Positions 1 through 9,414 of a stretch of 64,000 nucleotides of DNA are shown piece by piece. Position 1 is the stretch's first letter, and each line of letters begins with the position of its first letter. The notes beneath the pieces are model-generated. The model did not search any database. It was given only the letters and a program-made list of their open reading frames with translations, and had not been told where the DNA came from. A program made the translations under genes and the position numbers. The stretch is taken from positions 32,001 to 96,000 of the forward strand of contig CAVRGP010000001.1 of assembly GCA_963720755.1 (NCBI GenBank), in the 5' to 3' direction. The stretch comes from an uncultured Chloroflexia bacterium. Lineage in GTDB: Bacteria; Chloroflexota; Limnocylindria; Limnocylindrales; CSP1-4.

Positions 1-549
1 CGATCTCCATCGTGTGCAGTAACTCCGCACGATCGGACTCCGGCACGCCGAGCATGTCGCAGATGACGTTGGCCGGGAACGGACGGACGAGATCGTTGTA
101 GAAGTCGCATTCGCCTCGCTCCGCCACTGCCGCTACGCAGAGCCGCGCCTGGTCGGTGATCCAGTCTTCGATCCGTCGCATCACCCGGGGGCTGAATGCC
201 GCCGACACGAGCTTCCTGATCTGAGCATGCCGTGGGTCATCGAGCCCAAGAAATCCGTCGTAGAGGCGCTGCACATCACGAGGCAGATTGTCAAACAACA
301 TCACGCCTTCGCCGGCGATGAAGGTGTGCGGATCCCGTGTAACCGCACAGAGGTCCGCGTGACGTGTGATCGCCCAATACCCCCAGGCGGACCGTACTCG
401 GCGGGAGACCACGTGACCGGCGGGGAATGCCGAGACACTGGGAGTTCGCGCCTCAGGGTGTCGAATGCGGCGAATCGCACCTCGCGCGGGAGCTGCCAAA
501 ACTCTGGATCAGACAGATCAATCTCGGATGCATTCAGCACAATCCCCAC
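1..549 (-). CDS. Cytochrome P450, N-terminal part (runs off the window; frameshift at ~380-384)
   Basis: ORF 301..549 gives IDLSDPEFWQ...AFDTLRRELPV. After a 1-bp shift in the C5 run, manual translation continues GYWAITRHAD...LDDPRHAQIRKLVSAAFSPR...CDFYNDLVRPFPANVICDMLGVP, typical of bacterial P450s. Confidence 0.85.
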
Positions 550-828
550 TCGCTATCTCCTCGTCGGCGAACGCAATCTCGATGAAATCGATTGTAGACA
601 CGGGGGACATCCGACGACCCTCACGTTGGCGACCATCGATACCCAATACCGAGGATGGTTGTCGTCCCGACACGATGCCCCGTACGTGGCCTTGATACTG
701 AGCTGCGCCAGGAGACTCGCTCCGGCGCTTGAGGTAGCACTCTAGAGGACGTGAGGCGGTCAGCGACGGTAGGCTCCGTGACCAGGTGGCGCCAAATCGA
801 CGGCCGGAGCCGAACTGCTCCTTGGTGA

Positions 829-1296
829 CTAGCTAGTCGCAGACTGCACGGTCGTGCCGGTTGCCCACGCACGAACAAGTTCTGCGCGATGCCAATTGCT
901 CACGTCATACCAGGAGGAGATCGCCTGAGTCAGCGTCTGCTCATCGTCACGACGCCCTGCGGCGATGACCCGTGCGCAAATCGCCCTGGCAACCAGTGCG
1001 TGAGTCGTACGCTCGACGACGAGCGTTGTGTCGCCTATCAGCCTCGCGGCACTTTCGGCTGCCTCAGCCAGGATCAATGACTGGCGGGTGAACATCGCGG
1101 CGCGTTCACCTGGGAGCAGTGACGCTCCCGAGATCATCAGAAGGACTGCCGCCTCGATCGGCTCGACGATGTGCCCCGACCGATAACGCAGCGGGATGTC
1201 GCGACCGTCGAATCCTCGGAGGGGCAAGCCGAGGGCTAAGCGGAGTGCCAGGACGTCCAGGTCCTCTGGCGCCGCTCCGGGCCTCATCGCGGGCAT
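829..1296 (-). CDS. Hypothetical protein
   Basis: 155-aa ORF with protein-like helical composition; no motif recognised. Confidence 0.35.
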   Translation of the reverse strand: MPAMRPGAAPEDLDVLALRLALGLPLRGFDGRDIPLRYRSGHIVEPIEAAVLLMISGASLLPGERAAMFTRQSLILAEAAESAARLIGDTTLVVERTTHALVARAICARVIAAGRRDDEQTLTQAISSWYDVSNWHRAELVRAWATGTTVQSATS

Positions 1297-1966
1297 CGAG
1301 GGACATGATGGCTAGCCGAGATCACAGCACCGTGTGATCGGCGAGCCCAATGTGGCGGGACGCGCTGCGAGCCATGGTCAATACCGCAGCATCCACAGCG
1401 GAGGTCGTGGGTCATAATCACGCATGTCCTGACCATATTTCCGGCAGGCTGCGGTTTCGCCAGCCGGTCGGTGAAGAACTCGAAATGGTGGAAAGCGCCG
1501 ACCGGATCTGTCGATGGGGGCCGCGGATTCCAGCTCTGCACTCGCTGCGGGTACGGCGAGGCGGCCCGCGCGCCAGGCCCGGCCGGCCGAGGGCGCCGCC
1601 GCGTCGGACGCCGGGACATTCGGCGCGCGGTTGGGCGAGAGTGCACCAACTGGCTCGAGGCTGCGCAGCTCGGCCAACCTTAGAACGTGTAGATGCGACC
1701 GAGCGATGGCGACTGCGCGTCTGGAGAGGATCAACCCATCAGCCGATTAGGTTGGCGCCCGATCCGCCTCAGGTTGACATTCTGCTGCGCCGACAGACCC
1801 CCAGGGGCGACGACCAGGAGTGCGCGCAGTATGGTGGGATCCGGCTCGGCGCCGATCTCACCGCAGCTGCTGGACTCGGGCCAAGATGATCCATGCCGAA
1901 TTGGTCGCTGCCAGCGTCGCAGACCTCTCAATCATGAGGGGGTCTGATCATCTTGGGGAGGATGTC

Positions 1967-2590
1967 GTGGCAAGCGAAGTACCGTACATGACGAGTGCCA
2001 AGAACCTCACGGCGATCTTCGCCAAGATCAAGGGGGCAGGAACGCCGCCAAAGTTCACAAACGAATTCCTGAAGGCGAACCTCGGGTTCCCGAGTTCAAA
2101 TGATAGGACGGTAATTCGAGTTCTGAAGGCGCTCGGATTTCTGTCTGCCAATTCGGTCCCAACACCCCGATATAACGAATTCAGGGAGGGAGGGAAGTCG
2201 GGCCGCGCCATGGTCGCCGGTCTGCGGGAAGGATGGTCAAGCGTCCTCCTGGGCGACCAACGTGCCTACGAACGTTCGCCCGCGCAGCTCGCGGAGCTAT
2301 TCAAGAACGTTACGGGGGCAGGTGAGGCCGTCGCCACCAAGATGGCAACGACCTTCAAGGGCCTTGCATCGCTTGCCTCGGCGTCTGACTGGACAGACGC
2401 GATGGCATCTGACACCCAGCAGAAGGAACAGGAGGTCGAGCCTACGACGGCCGAAATGGGCACGATCCGCTTGAGCGATCGGGGGCAGCTTTCCCTTCAC
2501 CACGATGTGCATGTGCACCTTCCAGCCACCTCAGACGTGAGCGTTTATACGGCGATCTTCCGAGCTCTTAGGACTGAGCTCCTTGACTGA
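1967..2590 (+). CDS. DUF5343-like protein
   Basis: GTG start after GGGGAGG. N-terminus PYM...IFAKIKGAGTPPKFTNEFLKANLGFPSSNDR..LKALGFL...PTPRY and C-terminus VHVHLPATSDVSVYTAIFRAL resemble DUF5343 proteins. Confidence 0.7.
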   Translation: MASEVPYMTSAKNLTAIFAKIKGAGTPPKFTNEFLKANLGFPSSNDRTVIRVLKALGFLSANSVPTPRYNEFREGGKSGRAMVAGLREGWSSVLLGDQRAYERSPAQLAELFKNVTGAGEAVATKMATTFKGLASLASASDWTDAMASDTQQKEQEVEPTTAEMGTIRLSDRGQLSLHHDVHVHLPATSDVSVYTAIFRALRTELLD

Positions 2591-3164
2591 GTCAGTCAGC
2601 CTTCGCAATTGGCTATTCAAGGCGCTCGCCGTCGAAACCGCGCTCGATGCACTCGAATCGGATGGGGTGGGAGTCCGCGCCACTACCGACCCTGGTGCAC
2701 TCCAGCGCGTCATGCGCCTAGAAGAGTTCTCGCCGTCGGTTAGACGGGGGGCGATGGAGGCGCTTCCGGCCTACTTGGCGTTCTTCTGCCTGGAGAATGC
2801 GGTCCGTGAACTGATCACTGACCGTCTCGCCGAGAACCATGGCCCGTCATGGTGGCTGGACAAAGTCCCCGGCGCGATACGCGAGAAGACCTCCAGGAAG
2901 CAAGCGGCTGAGGGCAAGGATCGCTGGCACATGGCGCGCGGCGCTGCCGAGATCTACTACACAGATTTCGGAGATCTCAAGTCCATCATCACGTCGAATT
3001 GGCCGGACTTCGAGGACCTATTTCCGGATCAGAACTGGATCATCGCGCGTCTGGCAGAGCTCGAGGCGTCGAGGAACATCATTGCGCACAGCAACGTCCT
3101 CGAGGACCGAGAGATGATCCGGCTTCGACTCTACGTTCAGGACTGGCTGCGCCAAGTCGGCTGA
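2583..3164 (+). CDS. Swt1-family HEPN domain protein (putative RNase)
   Basis: FCLENAVRELI...WW...YYTDFGDL..II..NW..F..LF and the Rx4H motif RNIIAH; TTG start overlaps the upstream gene by 8 nt. Confidence 0.85.
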   Translation: MTESVSLRNWLFKALAVETALDALESDGVGVRATTDPGALQRVMRLEEFSPSVRRGAMEALPAYLAFFCLENAVRELITDRLAENHGPSWWLDKVPGAIREKTSRKQAAEGKDRWHMARGAAEIYYTDFGDLKSIITSNWPDFEDLFPDQNWIIARLAELEASRNIIAHSNVLEDREMIRLRLYVQDWLRQVG

Positions 3165-3300
3165 CCGAGCCTGGTCCCAATGTTCGAGCCTCCTTCTCCG
3201 TTGACCGCCGCGCCTGTCCCATCCCGTAGCGTCGGCGGCCTGTCTGGGTCCCTGCATTGCGCCCGTCACAGCCCGCGACTAGAAATCCGCCTTCTCCCGA

Positions 3301-3376
3301 GCGGGAGTAGCTCAGTCGGCAGAGCGTCTGCTTCCCAAGCAGAAGGTCGCGAGTTCGAACCTCGTCTCCCGCTCCA
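3301..3376 (+). tRNA. tRNA-Gly (CCC)
   Basis: GCGGGAG/CTCCCGC acceptor stem, anticodon arm TCTGC-TTCCCAA-GCAGA, T-loop GTTCGAAC, encoded CCA end. Confidence 0.97.
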
Positions 3377-3429
3377 CGTTTCCACGTTGATCCAACCGCT
3401 GTGAGCACGATGGAGGGCGGTCGAACTCG

Positions 3430-4113
3430 ATGGAACGTGACGATCCCGCCTACGGGGGGCAGCGCGAGTACACCCCGTTTTTCCTCAGGATCTACGACCC
3501 GGTGATCCTTGGCTTCTTCACACGGGTCGTATGGCGATGCCCGCCGGGCCGACTGGTCGAGGGATACCGGCGACACGCGCGTCCTCGACACCTCGATGTT
3601 GGTCCGGGTACGGGCTACTTCCTGGAACGGGCCGGCCTGCCTGTGGGCAGCCCAGTCACGATCCTCGACCCGAATGCGCACGTCCTCGATCACGCCTCCC
3701 GGCGGCTGCGGCGGTTGGACATCACGACCGTCGAGGCCGATGTCCTCAAACCGCTGCCTCTCGATGGGCCGTTCGATTCCGCCGCCCTCAGCGGCGTGAT
3801 CCACTGCCTGCCCGGACCGCTCTCGCGCAAGGCCACGGCCATCGCCAACGTGGCGGCCGTTCTGGCACCGACCGGCGTCCTCTTCGGCGCGTCGATCCTC
3901 GGGGCGTCCGGGCGACATGGCTGGTTCGCGAGGAGGTTGCTCGACTCCAACAATCGGCGGGGCGTCTTCGACAACCTGGGCGACACCCAGGAAGGGCTCA
4001 GCGAGATCCTCACGGCATCGTTCGAGCAGGTGCAGCTGGAGACGGTCGGCTCGTTCGCGATCTTCACGGCCACGAATCCGCGCACGACCTCGTCCACCGT
4101 CGCGACACAATAG
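3430..4113 (+). CDS. Class I SAM-dependent methyltransferase
   Basis: HLDVGPGTG motif I; FDSAALSGVIHCLPG. Confidence 0.9.
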   Translation: MERDDPAYGGQREYTPFFLRIYDPVILGFFTRVVWRCPPGRLVEGYRRHARPRHLDVGPGTGYFLERAGLPVGSPVTILDPNAHVLDHASRRLRRLDITTVEADVLKPLPLDGPFDSAALSGVIHCLPGPLSRKATAIANVAAVLAPTGVLFGASILGASGRHGWFARRLLDSNNRRGVFDNLGDTQEGLSEILTASFEQVQLETVGSFAIFTATNPRTTSSTVATQ

Positions 4114-4301
4114 GGACGCCCGCGTTTCTTGCGTCCACGACGACCTCCTCGACGGGGACGGACAACGTGATCCGGTTCACGACGACGACCTCCACGGCGG
4201 GCCTCCACGTGATGCCGCGTCCGTCGCGGCGAAGGGGCGAAGTATCGCACCGGCTACGGCGGCAACGGATCAACGTCGGGCTCCGGCCGTAGACTTCCTC
4301 G

Positions 4302-5051
4302 ATGCGTCTTCAACGACTTGCGCCCCTGGTTGCCGCGATCGTCCTGGCCAGCTCGCTCGGCATCGGGTCTGCCTCGGTCGCCGCTGCCGCCACGCCGCTC
4401 GCCGGCATCGTCATCGCGATCGACCCAGGACACGACGGCGGGAACGCGAGCCACCCCAGGCGGATCTCGCGGCTGGTCTGGTCCGGGACCGCGTGGAAGG
4501 CATGCAACACGGTCGGGACATCGACCCGCAGCGGCTACCCGGAACACAGGTTCAACTTCTCCGTGGCGCGGCGGGTCAAGGCGCGCCTCGAGGCACTCGG
4601 CGCGACGGTATTCATGACCAGGACGAGCGACACGGGTGTCGGCCCGTGCGTCGACGTGCGAGGACGGTTCGGGGCGAAGGTCCACGCCCAACTGATGGTG
4701 AGCATCCATGCCAACGGGGCGGCGTCGTCGGACCGCGGCTTCTTCGTGATGCGACCGGGCCTCGTCCGCGGCTACACGGAGGACATCCTCAAGCGCTCGC
4801 TGAAGCTCGCCCGGGCGTTGCGAACGGGTCTCACTGGAGCCTCGGTACCGATCGCCAACTACTACACCTCGACCGGGATCAGGAAGCGAACCGATCTCGC
4901 CGGTCTCACGCTGTCCGATGTGCCGGCCGTCATGTTGGAGCTCGGCAACATGAAGAACGCGAGCGACGCCAGGCGGATGAAGAGTACGGGCGGCCGCGAT
5001 CGGTATGCGAACGGGATCGTCGCCGGGATCCGCGTCTACCTGGGCCGGTAG
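4302..5051 (+). CDS. N-acetylmuramoyl-L-alanine amidase (Amidase_3), secreted
   Basis: Signal peptide; IDPGHDG, YPEH, SIHANG and MLELGNM zinc/catalytic motifs. Confidence 0.92.
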   Translation: MRLQRLAPLVAAIVLASSLGIGSASVAAAATPLAGIVIAIDPGHDGGNASHPRRISRLVWSGTAWKACNTVGTSTRSGYPEHRFNFSVARRVKARLEALGATVFMTRTSDTGVGPCVDVRGRFGAKVHAQLMVSIHANGAASSDRGFFVMRPGLVRGYTEDILKRSLKLARALRTGLTGASVPIANYYTSTGIRKRTDLAGLTLSDVPAVMLELGNMKNASDARRMKSTGGRDRYANGIVAGIRVYLGR

Positions 5052-5069
5052 CCGCGCGAGGGACCGGAC

Positions 5070-5534
5070 CTACGCCCAGGTTCGATACGGATGGGCGACC
5101 AGGCTGGCATTGAAGTAGCGACGGTCATCGGTCACCTCGAGCCCCACCCACTCCGGGGGAGTCACGGCGGTCGCCTCGGTCGGTAGTTCGATCTCGGCAA
5201 CGACGAGGCCGGCGTTCTCGCCCCCGAAGACATCGACCTCCCAGGTCAACGATCCATCGGGGATCCGATACCTGGTCTTGACGATGGGCGGTCCGACGCA
5301 CAGCGCGACCAGCGCATCGACCTCCCCGACCGGGATCTCGTACTCGAACTCCGGCCGGGCGGCGCCGACACTGCGCCCCTTGATCGTCAGGAACGCGCGG
5401 TCGCCGGCCCGACGGACGCGCACCGTCCGGTCCGGATCGGTCGAGAGGTAACCCTGGACGAACTCGGTGCCGGTCAGTCCATCGAGAACGCTTCGATCCC
5501 GGACCAGAAACTTGCGCTCGATCTCGATCCCCAT
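5070..5534 (-). CDS. CYTH domain protein
   Basis: EIERKFLV, QGYL, RVR, WEVDVF, AEIEL motifs. Confidence 0.93.
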   Translation of the reverse strand: MGIEIERKFLVRDRSVLDGLTGTEFVQGYLSTDPDRTVRVRRAGDRAFLTIKGRSVGAARPEFEYEIPVGEVDALVALCVGPPIVKTRYRIPDGSLTWEVDVFGGENAGLVVAEIELPTEATAVTPPEWVGLEVTDDRRYFNASLVAHPYRTWA

Positions 5535-5569
5535 GCGTGGATTGTCGTTCAGTGACCGGTTCGGTGCTC

Positions 5570-5614
5570 TTGACAATGTGGAATGTCTGACACATTATCT
5601 ACACATGTCAGACA
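5570..5614 (+). promoter_or_regulatory. Sigma70-type promoter with inverted-repeat operator
   Basis: TTGACA 5570-5575, 17-bp spacer, CATTAT 5593-5598. Perfect inverted repeat TGTCTGACA (5584-5592) / TGTCAGACA (5606-5614) brackets the -10 and overlaps the ATG. Confidence 0.65.
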
Positions 5615-6159
5615 AACGACGATCCCAAGGCACCGCCGGGGCGATCCCGACCACCACCCTGCGGGACTTCCTGCGTGGCGGCTACCAGGACGTCAAGGAG
5701 CCGACCCTCGTCCTCTATCACGCAGCGATCCTGGGCACCTTCGTGCCTGGTGTCATCACGTCCCGCTACAAGTGGACGCCGAATGCGCTCATCGAAGCCG
5801 AGCACCTGGAGGCGGAGCAAGCGGCCGCGCCATCCATGCGGTCGACCATGGCGCCTCCTTTCCTGGCCCGCGCCATCCCGATGTCCGACGAGATCGCTGC
5901 GCCCCGTGGCGCGCACGAGCCGGGTGGTGCGCATGAGCCCGGCGATGCGCACGAGCCAAGCACGCGGGTCGCGTACCGCACCCTCCGCAGGTCTACCCCC
6001 TCCCCGATCCCGGCGGTCAACCCGATCCGCTACCCATCAAGCCCATCCGCTCCCATCAGCGCGCCCCCCACGGCGCCCGCCACGACGCCGGTCAGCGCCG
6101 ATCCTGCCTGGCTGACAGGCGACCTGCGCACCACGCGCCGTACCTCCAGAAGGAGTTGA
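5605..6159 (+). CDS. Hypothetical protein with Phd/YefM-like N-terminus and Pro/Ala-rich tail
   Basis: TTTLRDFLRGGYQDVKEPTLVLYHAAILGTFVP resembles the beta-alpha-beta-beta Phd DNA-binding pattern; leaderless ATG. Confidence 0.55.
   Translation: MSDKRRSQGTAGAIPTTTLRDFLRGGYQDVKEPTLVLYHAAILGTFVPGVITSRYKWTPNALIEAEHLEAEQAAAPSMRSTMAPPFLARAIPMSDEIAAPRGAHEPGGAHEPGDAHEPSTRVAYRTLRRSTPSPIPAVNPIRYPSSPSAPISAPPTAPATTPVSADPAWLTGDLRTTRRTSRRS
5911..5957 (+). repeat. 18-bp coding tandem repeat (~2.6 copies, AHEPG[G/D])
   Basis: GCGCACGAGCCGGGTGGT / GCGCATGAGCCCGGCGAT / GCGCACGAGCC. Confidence 0.8.
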
Positions 6160-6164
6160 AACCC

Positions 6165-6839
6165 ATGGCCAAGAAGACCACTACCACCACGTCCACCGAC
6201 ATCCTTATCAACGTCGTCCTCGACCGGTCGGGTTCGATGGCCTCCATCCTCGACTCGACGATCGAGGGCTACAACGGCTTCCTGACAGAGCAGGCAAAGC
6301 TGCCGGGAGCCCGCTTCTCGCTCACCCAGTTCGATACCGAAGGGATCGACCACGACTACACGAACGTGCCGGTCGGGCAGGTCCACAAGCTGTCACGCGA
6401 CACCTTCGTCCCGCGTGGGGGGACCCCGCTGTACGACGCGGTCGCTGCGTCGATCAACGCGGTCAGGGCCGGCAAGCCGAAGGGCCGGGTCGTCTTCGTC
6501 ATCATCACCGATGGTGCCGAGAACTCATCCCACGAGTACACCCGCGAACAGGTCTTCGACCTCGTCAACAAGCAGCGCATGGCCGGCTGGGAGTTCGTGT
6601 TCATGGGCGCCAATGTCGACGCCTACGCGACCGGCGAGGGACTCGGTGTCGCCCGGAACTCGTCGTATGCGTACAGTGCCGACGAGGCCGGCATGTCGCG
6701 GGCATTCGCTGCGGTCTCGCGCACGACCACGAACTACCGCTCGGGCGTGCTCGCCAGGATGGACATGAGCGTGGCCGACGACGAGCCCACGACCGACGAG
6801 TCGATCCCCCAGCCGACCGCGGCGCCCGCCCACCGGTAG
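6165..6839 (+). CDS. Standalone von Willebrand factor A (vWA) domain protein
   Basis: MIDAS motif VLDRSGSM, GGTPLYDA, IITDGAENSS, WEFVFMGAN; AGGAG RBS. Confidence 0.92.
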   Translation: MAKKTTTTTSTDILINVVLDRSGSMASILDSTIEGYNGFLTEQAKLPGARFSLTQFDTEGIDHDYTNVPVGQVHKLSRDTFVPRGGTPLYDAVAASINAVRAGKPKGRVVFVIITDGAENSSHEYTREQVFDLVNKQRMAGWEFVFMGANVDAYATGEGLGVARNSSYAYSADEAGMSRAFAAVSRTTTNYRSGVLARMDMSVADDEPTTDESIPQPTAAPAHR

Positions 6840-6878
6840 GCCGCCTTCAGGTCCGGCTGAGCCGATCGCCGCCGGGGC

Positions 6879-8018
6879 TCACGCGGACACCGGATCGTCG
6901 CCCAGGAAACGACGCAGGCTGCCCCGCCAGAGCGCCCGCCCATGGAACGAGACGTCCGGTCCGATCGCCGTCGTCCCGCCGTACCAGACGAGCGTCTTGA
7001 GCAGCGGCGTCAACTGCGCACCGTAGAGCTCCATGCATGCCTCGGGCTTGACCCCCGGCCATGAGTAGCAGGACACCACGGTCCGCCGATTGAGCGTCGG
7101 GATGACGGGCGGCATGAGGTCCCAGGCCGGATCGTCGGGGCCGAATTCCCATTGGTCCAGGTTGCCCTGGGGGATGCCCTCGATCCCGCGCACGACGGGC
7201 GGGTCGTCGTCGAGCAGATAGGGATCGACTGCCAGGTCACAGACGACCGCATGGTCCGGCAGCCAGCCGAGCCATGCATTCGGGAGCACCGGTCGGGACG
7301 TGTCGCGGCGGGCTGTGGCATCGACGAGGATGTCGGTCTGGCCCAGGCGGCGCTGGAAGTAGGCCTCGTCGCCGGACAGGTTCTGGTCGATCACCACGAC
7401 CTCGACGCCGGGCAGACCGTCGGCCATGAACCGCGCGTTGCGTTCCTCGTCGCCCGCCCTGACGGCCGACTCGATGGCCTGCTTGCCGACGCCGCCCGCG
7501 CCGACGATCGTCACGCTGATCGGCGGCCGGTCGGGCGAGAGCAGCGGCGGCCATCGCCGCTCGAGGGCGTCGAATGCGGAGGAGATCCCGTTGCGGGCCA
7601 CGTCACGCAGGTTCTGGATGAGGCGCTGTCCGTTGTCCCCGGTGACCATGTCCATCGCGATGGCCTCGATGCCCAGGCGGCGCAACAGCTCGACACGCTC
7701 CGGCCGGGTCGCGAAGTGGAGCATCGAGATCAGGATCGCGCCAGGCTGGACCAGTTCGTACCGTCCCTCGGGTGCCCGCAGGACGACCACGATCGCCTGG
7801 CCATACGCGGTGGCCTCGTCGACGATGTGCACCCTCGGCGACATCGCCATGTAGTCGTCGTCGGAGAACCCCATGCCGGTTCCGCTGCCGGTTTCGACAT
7901 ACACGTGGACATCCATGTCCGCGAGCAGACCGACGAGCGACGGCAGGAACGCCCGCCGCTCACCTGGCTCGTTGTACATGCGCGGGAAGCCGATCGTGAG
8001 CTGACGCTCGCTGGCCAT
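6879..8018 (-). CDS. Alanine dehydrogenase/PNT-family NAD-dependent oxidoreductase, paralogue 1
   Basis: IGFPRM..EPGERR, VETGSG, SMLHF, Rossmann motif IVGAGGVG, CDLAVDP. Confidence 0.8.
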   Translation of the reverse strand: MASERQLTIGFPRMYNEPGERRAFLPSLVGLLADMDVHVYVETGSGTGMGFSDDDYMAMSPRVHIVDEATAYGQAIVVVLRAPEGRYELVQPGAILISMLHFATRPERVELLRRLGIEAIAMDMVTGDNGQRLIQNLRDVARNGISSAFDALERRWPPLLSPDRPPISVTIVGAGGVGKQAIESAVRAGDEERNARFMADGLPGVEVVVIDQNLSGDEAYFQRRLGQTDILVDATARRDTSRPVLPNAWLGWLPDHAVVCDLAVDPYLLDDDPPVVRGIEGIPQGNLDQWEFGPDDPAWDLMPPVIPTLNRRTVVSCYSWPGVKPEACMELYGAQLTPLLKTLVWYGGTTAIGPDVSFHGRALWRGSLRRFLGDDPVSA

Positions 8019-8211
8019 GCTCCGCCTCACTATCGTCGCCCTTCGGAAGTGGGCGGCTGCCAAGAGCATCGCACCGCCGCGGCCGTGGCGCTTGGCGACA
8101 TCGCTGGGCAGGCCGTGGGACCGGTCCGGACACACCGCGGCGATCGCGAGTGGCTATCGTTGTGGAGACCGCCGGGGCGAACAGCCTTCGGCGCGGGGGC
8201 AGGAGGTAGTG

Positions 8212-9402
8212 ATGGCGAGCGGCACGCGGCTGACCGTCGGGTTCCCACGGATGCATCGGGAGCCGAGTGAACGGCGCGACTTCCTGCCCCCGTTGATCGG
8301 CCTCCTGGCGGCGAACGGGGCGGAGGTCCACGTGGAGAGCGGGATCGGATCCGCGATGGGCTACACGGACCTCGACTACAGCATGTTGTCACCCGACGTG
8401 GTGATCTCCGACGAGGACGACTGCTACCGCCAGGATGTCGTCGTCGTGCTCCGGGCGCCGGAGGGCCGATACGACCGGTTGCGCAGGGGGGCCGTGCTCG
8501 TCTCCATGCTCCACTTCGCGACCCGCCCGGCGCGCGTGCGGATGCTCACGGAGATGGGGATCGACGCGATCAGCCTCGACCTCATCCGCAATGACGATGG
8601 CCGCCGGATGGTGGAGAACCTCCGCAGCGTTGCCTGGAACGGGATCTCGTCCGCCTTCGCCGCGCTCGAACGGACCTGGCCGGAGGTGGCCGGCCCTCGG
8701 CATGCGACGGTCAAAGTGCTGATCATGGGTGCCGGCCGGGTGGGGCGGCATGCCGTCGAGTTCGCCACGAAATACGGCGACGACGCCCGGAACGAGACGT
8801 ACACGCGGGCCGGATTGCCCGGCGTCGAGGTGGTGACGGCCGGTCGCAACCTGACCGGCGATCCCGAATACCTCAAGGCGCGTCTCCTCATGACCGACCT
8901 GCTCGTCGACGCCACGGCACGCCGGGATCCATCCGTGGCGCTCGTGCCGAATGCCTGGCTCGCGCTGCTGCCGAAGCACGCCGTGATCTGCGACCTGTCC
9001 GTGGACCCCTACCTCCTGGACGCCGATCCGCCGGTCGTCCGTGGCGTCGAAGGCATCCCCCAGGGCAACCTGGACCAGTGGGAGTTCGGCCCCGACGATC
9101 CAGCGTGGGAGACGCTTCCCGCGAGCGTCCCGACCGAGGAGCGTCGAACCGTCGTGTCGTGCTACTCGTGGCCCGGGGTTCGGCCCGAGCCGTGCATGCA
9201 CGTCTACGGGTCGCAGCTGGCTCCCCTGCTCGAGGCGCTGGTGACGGCCGGCGGGCTCGACGGCATCAGTCCATCAGGCAAGTTCCACGAGCAGGCCCTG
9301 TGGCGCGGGAGCCTCCGCGGGTGGTACGAGTCGGGCGAGGCCGTCATCCACGGCAGCGTCCCGTCTCCGGCCGCCGACGCGATCGAGCTGCCTGGCCGTT
9401 GA
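8212..9402 (+). CDS. Alanine dehydrogenase/PNT-family NAD-dependent oxidoreductase, paralogue 2
   Basis: VGFPRM..EPSERR, VESGIG, SMLHF, IMGAGRVG, CDLSVDP; AGGAGG RBS. Confidence 0.8.
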   Translation: MASGTRLTVGFPRMHREPSERRDFLPPLIGLLAANGAEVHVESGIGSAMGYTDLDYSMLSPDVVISDEDDCYRQDVVVVLRAPEGRYDRLRRGAVLVSMLHFATRPARVRMLTEMGIDAISLDLIRNDDGRRMVENLRSVAWNGISSAFAALERTWPEVAGPRHATVKVLIMGAGRVGRHAVEFATKYGDDARNETYTRAGLPGVEVVTAGRNLTGDPEYLKARLLMTDLLVDATARRDPSVALVPNAWLALLPKHAVICDLSVDPYLLDADPPVVRGVEGIPQGNLDQWEFGPDDPAWETLPASVPTEERRTVVSCYSWPGVRPEPCMHVYGSQLAPLLEALVTAGGLDGISPSGKFHEQALWRGSLRGWYESGEAVIHGSVPSPAADAIELPGR

Positions 9403-9414
9403 GCCCGGGGCCGG

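Noticed and set aside
1350-1947. Overlapping ORFs including a CTRCG motif (1471..1683)
   Set aside because: No complete zinc-finger pattern, RBS or coherent family signal.
4114-4290. Repeated CACGACGACCTCC-like words and a Val-rich minus-strand ORF
   Set aside because: Short and low-complexity; expected in GC-rich DNA.
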